DNA from: a virus
IMG/VR virus record: IMGVR_UViG_3300042520_002054
Span: 32,001 to 96,000 of that record
DNA: 64,000 bases
Strand: one strand, 5' to 3'
The translations under genes and the position numbers were made by a program. Shown one piece after another: positions 55,912 through 64,000 of this stretch (the stretch's first letter is position 1; every line of letters starts with the position of its first letter). The notes under the pieces are model-generated. The model ran no database searches and had not been told where the DNA came from. It saw only the letters and a program-made list of their open reading frames with translations.

Positions 55912-58900
55912 TTATTGACTCTTCTGCATTATGCTAATCCGGTAATTAGGATCAAAAAAGTCACGGACATTTTTATAACCTGTAAGGTCTGCAATATCTT
56001 TATAAAGTTTAGGAGTATCCTTTTCATAGAACCCGACACGTCTTTGATATGTACCCCTTCTAAATATACCTGCCATAATTGAATCATCATCTGGATCAGG
56101 TCTATCTGCACCTACCAGATCATAAGAACCCATTAACATATAAGCAGCCAGATGTTCTGATGTTTTGTATAATTTTAGTCCGTCATTAACCAAGTTTGTA
56201 ACCTGACTAAAGTTTCTCAGATACTCGTCAAAACTTCCGATTCCGGGTAGAGGAGTAAGTGATGCAGTTTCTTGCTTAAGACCCCAAATAAGTCTAATAG
56301 CATTACCTTCCCACATTCCCAATTCTTCATCATCATCTTTTTTACGACGTACATAACTTAACAAAAGCAATGACAACGCTGTTAACATGATACCGGCGTA
56401 AAATTCTTTACTAGCTTGAGCTGCTTTTCTACTGTAAAATGCATTAACAGGAGAATTTTTAGTAAGTCTTGGACTAAAACCACCAAGAAGAAGGTGCTTA
56501 CCCATCTCTTTATAAGAGTACAGATTACCAATTGCAAGTAATGCACGCCAGTAACCCATTGCAGCTTCTTCACCTTCCCAGTTTGCACGCAAGTTTCCAA
56601 GTCTGTTAATAGCTTGCGGAACCAAGTATTTCTTAAAGAAGTACATCATTTTACCCACAAGTGTCTGTTCAACAGAAGTCATGTCGCTTTTTGCATAAGC
56701 ACCCTGTGCTCTACGAGATTCTGAGTAAACAATTCTTCTCAAACGTTTTTCATCATCCTTAGTGAAGTTTACATCAGAACGTATAATTAATTTACCATCA
56801 GGGGTTTGCGTATAAGCTTCATAGGCGCTTACCATTATAGTATCACCATTCTCATCTTTCTGTTCTTCACCTGTAATAGGATCAATAACAGCAAACTTAT
56901 AGCTATTCATTACGGCTAACCATACAGTCATACTCACTTCAGTATCACCCTTATCTTGAAGAGCATAAGCGAGTTCTTGAATAGAACTAAATTTTTCAGC
57001 TACTCTTCTTGATTTAGAACCTGTTGTTAAGTTTAAGTACTTGATATAATCTTTTTGTGCTGGATTATACATTCTATACATCATGGTTTCAACAGAAAGA
57101 TTACCGAGTTTTCCCCAGTCACTTAAATACTTTCTGAAAAATCCGTTATATCCGTATATCTGAGACTTTGCCCATCTGTAATCCTGCACACCATAGTGTC
57201 CAGAATTATGTGTTGCAAGAAATGCTTGGATGTTACCAGACATAAAGTTTTTAAACTGAGCAGCTACGTCAAAACCTAAACGACCAAAAGATGCAATCTT
57301 AAATAATCCATTTAGTGCTTTCTTTGCTCTACGGTTAGTGTCTTCTTCATACTGACCAGAAATAAATTTGCGTTTCTCAAATTGCAAAAGCTCTTCCAAC
57401 TTAGATAAATCCTGAATACGTTTTTTATCTGCAGCGGTATTAGAGTTCCTAATCTCTAGTTCTCGACGAAAATCACCAACAAGATTGAGAATGTGCTCTG
57501 CTGTAGGCTGCACATCTGTCATTGCTTGGTTAATGTAAGATTCAAATAACCATTTTGCACCAGCATTAATAGCATCAACTGTCTGAAGATTTGTGTTATA
57601 CTGATCATTAAATCTAAATCTAATTGCATCAGGACCCATATCTCCATACAAGTTTGTTACAGCATCTTCTTCACTAACTCTTACAGCAAAGAAATTATCA
57701 CGCATCTTAGATAACTCACCAGAGATACCTTTTCCAAAACCTTTAGCTACAATATTTTCAATAAGTGTTGCTTTTGATGCAGGCACTTTATAACCCAATA
57801 CTTTACCAGTGGTCTTTTTCTGCATATCAAAGAACATTTTCATGAACGCATTATAGTAATCAAATGCTGCCTTGTCTTTGCTCAGATTTACATATTTACT
57901 GTTAATGTTATCAGAGTTCTCATACCCAGGGATAATCTCAACAACCCCATTTACTAACTTTAATCCTTTAGGTAATGGTGTACCATCTGCAAGTTCTTGA
58001 TAATCTTTGTTATATGCTTCTTCACTAAGTTTTCTAATAGTGTATTTGCTACTAGGTCGTTTCTCCATATACTGAGGATCTCCAGGAACTCTGTCGTATA
58101 AGAACAGTTTAGTTGCAGCAAATTGTAAGTCTTGTTCTACAATAGATACATAAGGAGTGTAATGGTGTTGATTATACCATTTAGCAAATAACTTTTCTTC
58201 AGCTTGGAATTGAACTTCTGCAAAAGCTAGATCAGTACTTGATGTCTCAATTCTTATGTTATCATTTGCAGCTATAGCGTCTTCCAGTCTAGTTCTGGCT
58301 TCATCCATTGCGGACTTAGCACGTAGAAGATTATTCTTACGCTCTTCTCTTTCCTGCTCATAGAATTTATTAAGTCTTTGTGTAGAAATATTACGAAGCT
58401 CCGCACTTAAGTCTCTAAGTCTTTGACTTTCTTCATCAGTCAAAAATCTAAATATGTTAAATGATTTATTAGCTTCTTTAAGATTTTCTATTTCCTGAGT
58501 TATAGCATCTAAATCATTTCTGTCTTTCTCGGATAAATATCTTGGATCAAACTGACCGTCCCTTTTGTAAGGAGACATGATTTGTCTACGACGCTCAAAT
58601 AAATTTTTTAGTTCTGGGTTTGACAATCCTTCAGTAATACTTTCAATCTCACTATAAATAGATTCAAGTGCTTCAAAATATGCTGTATTGGGTACAGTAA
58701 CCATATTTTCTTCTTCCCACTTGCGAAGCATTTCAGGATTATTTGCATACTCAAGTTTCTTTCTGTTATAGACACGATCAAACAAATTCTGATTTATGTC
58801 ATAAACAAACAAGGTATTTAACGCATCAATGTATTCCTGATATTGTGCATCTTGTTTAGCAGCATCATTTCTCAACTTTTTGATTTCAATGTCGATTTCT

Positions 58901-61900
58901 CGCATTCTATCAAAGTCTTCCTCATCAATTAATTCTTCATTACCAAAACCTACACTATCAAGAATAACTTCTCGTTCCATATATAGAAGCTCAAGCTTTT
59001 CTTTAATTTCAGGAGAAAGTTTAGACAGATACTCATAGTAAACATCAATATAGGGTAGCGACGAGTTTTCTCTCATCCAGTTTGTATGATCACGAGTAAT
59101 ATTCTCTTTCTCACGAATTAGAGATGCTACTTCTAGTTTTAACTTTTCGTATGCTTCTTTATTCTTTTCTTGAGCTGCTTTATCCCGTTCTTTTTTTACC
59201 TCATCAATCTTAGTACGAATTGCTTTAAGCTGCTGTCTGTAAACATTAAACTTATTATCATAAGACTCACTGCTTGGTTTAACATAGGTAGCAACCTGGT
59301 ACGAAGCAGGTTCTCCGTTTTCATTGTAAGACTGAATTGTTCTGATTTCACTTACAAGTGCATTCATTGATTCAACAGATCTTCCTCTTCTGAAATTTTC
59401 CAGTAAGGTTTGTAGTTCAGATTGCTGAATATCATTAATAAATGACGCCTGAGCTTCAGCTTGAGAATCTTTTAAGAAATTTGTAAATGCAGCAATAGCA
59501 AGATCACTGTTACCTGCAGATGAAATAAATTGATCTGGTGAGATTCCCAAAAAGCTAATCAATTTCGGATTACTTGCACCGATATAAAGAATACTGTCAG
59601 GATCAGTTGTTCCCTCAATTACTTTTTTGATACTTTCTGTATCATAGTTAAACCCGGTTTCATAGATAAGTTTTAATCTTTTCAGCTCAAGTTGTTTTAC
59701 TTCAATAGCATTTACAATCCCTTTTTTACTAGGATCTAACTTATCCATTACTTCATTGTAAGCTTCCTTATTTAAATATTTTAGAGCTTTAAGTTTTAGT
59801 TTATCTAAACCTTTAAGTGGTACACCGTTGATAAGATTTTGAATTTCTTCTTCTAGCTTTTTAATTTTTGGTTCTAGAGCTAGTCGCATATCTTCACCAA
59901 CAGCTTCAAATGTCTTTTCTGAAAATGTACTTTGAATCATCTTAACAAAAAGAGGTACAGCATATTCTCTGTAATCTGCTTGCATGATATCAATCTTTGC
60001 AGAAAGATCTTTAACCACCTGGTACATATAACCAGTTTTTTCAATCTTACCGTCAAACTCAGCTCTATTAATTTGGTTTTCAACCAAACGCATGATCTCT
60101 CTGGTATTATCAAGCATCTTCTTGTAAACAAGAATCTTTCTTGATTTTGCAACTTCATCTGATATTGTCAGAGCATCTTTAAAATTCTTGAGCATATTGT
60201 TGATATCGATATCCATCTGTTCAACAACACGAGCAAATTTTAATGATGCAGTTACGTCACCACCTTTTTCAATAATATCCCTGAATGTTTTTAAGGTTTC
60301 AATTCTTTTATTGATTGTATCAATCTCTTCTTCGTAACCTTCTTTAGACTTAAGACTAGAACGCTCTGCATACAACGCATCAATATTATCAGATACTGCT
60401 TTTTTCAAAGAATTGGTAAAAGCATTGTATTGATCAGGTGTCATATCAAAAGCCATTCGCTCTTCATTAACTTGCTGACCACTTTCTTCTGACTCACCAA
60501 TCTCAACATACTTTGATACAACTTTCTTAATCTTATCGTATTCTCTTGCACCAATTTCAGAAAATGCTGCACTACGGTTATCCCCTTCAATGTTAACCAT
60601 ACCTGCATATTCGTAGAAGTTTCCTTCAAACTTCTGAACTGCAAATCCCTGGTAAATTTTATTAATGTCAGCTTGATATATAAGTGCAATGATTTCTTTC
60701 TTACCTACATTGATACCATTCTGTCTAAGCATATATTCATATGCAAGTAACTGCGCATTCCAAGTATCATATGTAGATCTCTTTTGACCTTGGAATTCAA
60801 CAGCAGTTCCATTTGTAGAATTGATTTTTATCTTGTTATTTGCAAGCTCTTTATAGACTCTGTTAATATTAAAGTCTGTTGTCCCGTCTTTTTGAGGTAC
60901 TACAAGTTGTTTAACCTTTTTTGTTTTAAAGTCAACAATATGAAGTTGTCCAGTAATATCAATGACAACCATATCCAATCTTCCCAGCATCATAGTTCTG
61001 CCGGTTTCTGATGTAGTCACACTAGCACCAACAGTAAGCTCTGGAAGAATAATATTACTTGCAGAAACATTAGATCCCAAAACATCAATAACCTGAAGAG
61101 CCATTTCAAACATCTCTTCATCTTTAAGGTTTTGTATTTGGAATGGATTCTTCTTACGGTATTTTTCTAAAACTTCTTCAAACTTTTCCTTAGACAAAAT
61201 CTCTCTCAAACGCTTGTTTTCTTTTGTTGCAGCTTCTTGTACCTCTTCTAGAATACTGTGCATAAATGTTCCAAACTCTTTAAAGTCTGTATAGTCTTGC
61301 ACTGTTGTAAATTCAGATGAACCAATAAATCCACTAACGCTTACAGACTCTAAGGGTTTTCTACCTTGTGCTTCAGCTTCTAAGCTATCTCTAAAAAACT
61401 TTGCATTCTTTTCAGCATTGTCTAAAAGTTTTTGAATAGTCTCTACTTGTTTAGCATTTTGCTTAACTCTAGAATTTGACAATACATTCTTTAGTGTATC
61501 AATCTGAGAGTTTATTCTATCCAGTTTAAACTGCGTATTACTTCTGCGAAGGTTTTCGTCAGGCTGACTATTAAATAAATCATTAACCTGTTTTGCTTCA
61601 TCTAAGTTATATGCAGTTCCAGATTGATTATAGTTTATATAAAACTCAACTTCAGCTGTATTAATAAGTACAGCTAAGTTTTCAAAAGTCATCTTTTCAG
61701 GAAGCTTTGAAATATCAATTACTCTGTTTCCTCTGCTGTTAACTAAATAAACAATTTCAGAAATAAGATTTTTTAACCAACCAAAGAATTGCTCCATCAA
61801 TTGTGTAAATTGATTAGCGGGTCTGGTTTCATTTTCTTTAAACTCTTGCTTTACAGCACGTTGTAACATCTGAGTTACAAATTCTTTATTGATATCGAGT

Positions 61901-62610
61901 GCTGTATATCCTGTACCATTCTTATAACGGTTTGCAATGGTATTGTAAAAATCAATGTCAAGTTGCTTACCTGTACGAAGTAATTGATCAAACAGTGAAC
62001 GATTTTCACTGTAGAGAGCATTTACAAATGGGTGAAGTACTTCTTCAATTGCAATAGATGTATTAGCTCTACCATTTACTAAATAAACAGTACCATTCTT
62101 AAAGAATCCATTAATGCGATCTACATTAACACCATGCTCTGACTGAACCAAATCCTGAGGATTAACAAAAGAAACCTTTAATCCAGGAAATACCTCAGAC
62201 ATTCTATCAAGAGTTTTCTGAATAGTCTCTTGTTGTTCTGATTCTCTTAATTGTTTTGCACGAATTTGCGGTGTAACAATCCCGGTTATATTTGCTTGAG
62301 GAGAACTAAAGCTAACTTCATATAGAGATTCACCATAAGTATAATATGGTTTATAGTACAAGCCAACTCCTTTAACTTCAGGAGAAGTTGTCCATTTTCT
62401 CAAACCATCTAATTGTTTTGGTGTAGCAAGATAACGTCCAGGAGATAACTGATTCAGTCTAAATGCTTTAGCAATATTAACATCTCTATTACTGATTTTG
62501 TAGTCTGTCAAATTATATTGTGCAGACTCAATCACCTCATTTTCAAGAAGATCTTTAATATCGTTCTCGTTGTATTCTTGTCCGTTATATATGAATTTAC
62601 AAGTGCTCAT
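55912..62610 (-). CDS. giant virion (ejection-type) protein with zincin-like and PD-(D/E)xK nuclease domains
   Basis: 2232 aa; AIEEVLHPF; GRLDMVVI..HIVDFKT..QLLAY; long helical C-terminal part. Confidence 0.7.
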   Translation of the reverse strand: MSTCKFIYNGQEYNENDIKDLLENEVIESAQYNLTDYKISNRDVNIAKAFRLNQLSPGRYLATPKQLDGLRKWTTSPEVKGVGLYYKPYYTYGESLYEVSFSSPQANITGIVTPQIRAKQLRESEQQETIQKTLDRMSEVFPGLKVSFVNPQDLVQSEHGVNVDRINGFFKNGTVYLVNGRANTSIAIEEVLHPFVNALYSENRSLFDQLLRTGKQLDIDFYNTIANRYKNGTGYTALDINKEFVTQMLQRAVKQEFKENETRPANQFTQLMEQFFGWLKNLISEIVYLVNSRGNRVIDISKLPEKMTFENLAVLINTAEVEFYINYNQSGTAYNLDEAKQVNDLFNSQPDENLRRSNTQFKLDRINSQIDTLKNVLSNSRVKQNAKQVETIQKLLDNAEKNAKFFRDSLEAEAQGRKPLESVSVSGFIGSSEFTTVQDYTDFKEFGTFMHSILEEVQEAATKENKRLREILSKEKFEEVLEKYRKKNPFQIQNLKDEEMFEMALQVIDVLGSNVSASNIILPELTVGASVTTSETGRTMMLGRLDMVVIDITGQLHIVDFKTKKVKQLVVPQKDGTTDFNINRVYKELANNKIKINSTNGTAVEFQGQKRSTYDTWNAQLLAYEYMLRQNGINVGKKEIIALIYQADINKIYQGFAVQKFEGNFYEYAGMVNIEGDNRSAAFSEIGAREYDKIKKVVSKYVEIGESEESGQQVNEERMAFDMTPDQYNAFTNSLKKAVSDNIDALYAERSSLKSKEGYEEEIDTINKRIETLKTFRDIIEKGGDVTASLKFARVVEQMDIDINNMLKNFKDALTISDEVAKSRKILVYKKMLDNTREIMRLVENQINRAEFDGKIEKTGYMYQVVKDLSAKIDIMQADYREYAVPLFVKMIQSTFSEKTFEAVGEDMRLALEPKIKKLEEEIQNLINGVPLKGLDKLKLKALKYLNKEAYNEVMDKLDPSKKGIVNAIEVKQLELKRLKLIYETGFNYDTESIKKVIEGTTDPDSILYIGASNPKLISFLGISPDQFISSAGNSDLAIAAFTNFLKDSQAEAQASFINDIQQSELQTLLENFRRGRSVESMNALVSEIRTIQSYNENGEPASYQVATYVKPSSESYDNKFNVYRQQLKAIRTKIDEVKKERDKAAQEKNKEAYEKLKLEVASLIREKENITRDHTNWMRENSSLPYIDVYYEYLSKLSPEIKEKLELLYMEREVILDSVGFGNEELIDEEDFDRMREIDIEIKKLRNDAAKQDAQYQEYIDALNTLFVYDINQNLFDRVYNRKKLEYANNPEMLRKWEEENMVTVPNTAYFEALESIYSEIESITEGLSNPELKNLFERRRQIMSPYKRDGQFDPRYLSEKDRNDLDAITQEIENLKEANKSFNIFRFLTDEESQRLRDLSAELRNISTQRLNKFYEQEREERKNNLLRAKSAMDEARTRLEDAIAANDNIRIETSSTDLAFAEVQFQAEEKLFAKWYNQHHYTPYVSIVEQDLQFAATKLFLYDRVPGDPQYMEKRPSSKYTIRKLSEEAYNKDYQELADGTPLPKGLKLVNGVVEIIPGYENSDNINSKYVNLSKDKAAFDYYNAFMKMFFDMQKKTTGKVLGYKVPASKATLIENIVAKGFGKGISGELSKMRDNFFAVRVSEEDAVTNLYGDMGPDAIRFRFNDQYNTNLQTVDAINAGAKWLFESYINQAMTDVQPTAEHILNLVGDFRRELEIRNSNTAADKKRIQDLSKLEELLQFEKRKFISGQYEEDTNRRAKKALNGLFKIASFGRLGFDVAAQFKNFMSGNIQAFLATHNSGHYGVQDYRWAKSQIYGYNGFFRKYLSDWGKLGNLSVETMMYRMYNPAQKDYIKYLNLTTGSKSRRVAEKFSSIQELAYALQDKGDTEVSMTVWLAVMNSYKFAVIDPITGEEQKDENGDTIMVSAYEAYTQTPDGKLIIRSDVNFTKDDEKRLRRIVYSESRRAQGAYAKSDMTSVEQTLVGKMMYFFKKYLVPQAINRLGNLRANWEGEEAAMGYWRALLAIGNLYSYKEMGKHLLLGGFSPRLTKNSPVNAFYSRKAAQASKEFYAGIMLTALSLLLLSYVRRKKDDDEELGMWEGNAIRLIWGLKQETASLTPLPGIGSFDEYLRNFSQVTNLVNDGLKLYKTSEHLAAYMLMGSYDLVGADRPDPDDDSIMAGIFRRGTYQRRVGFYEKDTPKLYKDIADLTGYKNVRDFFDPNYRISIMQKSQ

Positions 62611-62619
62611 AGGATAACA

Positions 62620-64000
62620 TTAGCATTTAGTTTCAATTTCACCATTATTGGTTTTGTCAGTCAACTCTTTAGAAGCAATATCTGGTGTCTTTGCTTCTGG
62701 TGTTACGCTTGCAGGTAAATCTTTTGTACCCTGCGCATATCCAATAAAGGAATTAATCTCTTGTCTGGTAAATCCAGATAGACTCATTCCATCAATAGAT
62801 ACAGGTTGGTATAACTGATACTCAGCTTGCACACCTAATACAGCTCCAGCAGTATCAATAGTTTGACTTAATAGCTCAGAAATAGGTGTAATATCAGATT
62901 TATCAGTTGTTCTAAGCTTAGTTAAAACAAATATTTCTCCATTATTATTTCTCATCATTGCAGGGAACTCATAGCGATTAGATGTATAATCTTCCATACG
63001 AACTCCTAAAGGTGCAACCTGAGCGTTCATTAAATTTCGGTTTTCACCTTCATAAGAACGCATATCTAAAGAAATAACATATTTACCTTCGCCAAGATCT
63101 TTGATAATATTGTCTGAAAAAGCAAAACCTTTTTTGTTAGTTCTGATATTATCTACACCAAATATCTTCTTTGCCATTACAGCATCCTGAATATATAGTG
63201 CATTAAGTGCAGGTATTTTTGTTGACTTACTTACTGAAGCAGCATCAATCATTTTTACATACAACTGATACATTACATCTTTAACAGTGCGTTTACCGTC
63301 AAAGAACTTTTCAAAACCAGCTCTACTTGAAATAGATTCAATTAATTGTTCTGTATAAGTATTAAGATTTTTGTACAGGTCAGTATTAATATACTGTCCA
63401 AAGTTACTAGCTTTTCTACCCATACCATTACGAATAATTTCATGGAAGAAAAGTTTTACTGCAATTTTTCTTGCTCTTGGGTCAACACTCTTAAGTAATG
63501 CGTTATATCCATCAATGATATCTTCTTTTATTTCTGGTACAAGTTTTGCTTTTGTATTCATCTGTAAGATGTAGTAAGATCTACTCGTACCCGCATCTTC
63601 TTTAGAACGAATGCTAATTGTTCTGACAAATGGGTTTGTAGAATATTGATCATTCAAGTATTCCAAATCTTCTTCAAGAGTTGTAAACTTAGATGTATCT
63701 GATACACTGCCAAACCAAAACTCAGGTCTGAACATTTCCTTCATAGTGTCTTTCAAGAATTGCTCATCAGCTGTAGCTCCTGGATTTTCTGCTTCAACAC
63801 GCATTTTATCCAAAATAAGAGTACCTATAATGACATCTGCCATTTCCTCTTGTTCTTGGAATATGTTACCGAATAAGTTTCTTAAAGATGTCAGCGGATT
63901 GCTTCTTGACAACATGATTCTTGACAATTGTGCATTCATGTCGCTTACAGCTTGTGCTAAAGGGTTCCAAACAGTTTCACCTTTAAACAACTCAGAACTA
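62620..64000 (-). CDS. C-terminal part of a large virion protein, possibly the virion RNA polymerase (runs off the window)
   Basis: Open frame to the window edge, directly upstream of the giant virion gene as in crAss-like phages. No catalytic motif is visible in the window. Confidence 0.5.
   Translation of the reverse strand, partial: SSELFKGETVWNPLAQAVSDMNAQLSRIMLSRSNPLTSLRNLFGNIFQEQEEMADVIIGTLILDKMRVEAENPGATADEQFLKDTMKEMFRPEFWFGSVSDTSKFTTLEEDLEYLNDQYSTNPFVRTISIRSKEDAGTSRSYYILQMNTKAKLVPEIKEDIIDGYNALLKSVDPRARKIAVKLFFHEIIRNGMGRKASNFGQYINTDLYKNLNTYTEQLIESISSRAGFEKFFDGKRTVKDVMYQLYVKMIDAASVSKSTKIPALNALYIQDAVMAKKIFGVDNIRTNKKGFAFSDNIIKDLGEGKYVISLDMRSYEGENRNLMNAQVAPLGVRMEDYTSNRYEFPAMMRNNNGEIFVLTKLRTTDKSDITPISELLSQTIDTAGAVLGVQAEYQLYQPVSIDGMSLSGFTRQEINSFIGYAQGTKDLPASVTPEAKTPDIASKELTDKTNNGEIETKC

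Noticed and set aside
3057-63574. Many short ORFs antisense to or frame-shifted within larger genes (e.g. 3057-3473, 9638-9922, 20750-21085, 37014-37313, 38275-38625, 47082-47357)
   Set aside because: They overlap well-supported genes and show no recognisable motifs. Treated as shadow ORFs.

Overview
This window is 64 kb of a large dsDNA phage genome that most likely infects Bacteroidota and has crAss-like organisation (inferred from gene content and order, not from a search). The layout runs as follows. The end of a minus-strand block with tRNA-Arg(UCU) occupies 1-880. A non-coding strand switch carrying a parS-like palindrome follows (880-1330). Next is a plus-strand early region of small genes, repeated motifs and a ~700-nt structured non-coding tract that contains a tRNA-shaped RNA with a long insert (1330-8600). 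An accessory region holds a MoxR-type AAA+/vWA pair, an SPL-like radical SAM enzyme, a four-gene His/acidic uncharacterised cluster and dUTPase. A lysogeny-like cassette has an attP core matching the 3' end of tRNA-Asp, a tyrosine integrase and an HTH protein. The replication module has an SF2 helicase, UDG, DnaB, Sak4-like ATPase, primase, resolvase, PD-(D/E)xK nuclease, family B polymerase and dNMP kinase. Then come a minus-strand lysis cassette, a class Id-like RNR with ThyX, and a minus-strand virion module with a Cys-rich adhesin, two ~1,700-1,800 aa chaperone-tipped fibres and giant ejection-type proteins. The best leads are the tRNA-like long-insert RNA (3972-4137), the integrase/attP in a crAss-like backbone, the parS-like site, the uncharacterised operon at 14530-16794, and three families of cis-regulatory motifs. 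All family assignments come from motif recognition by eye; no searches were run.
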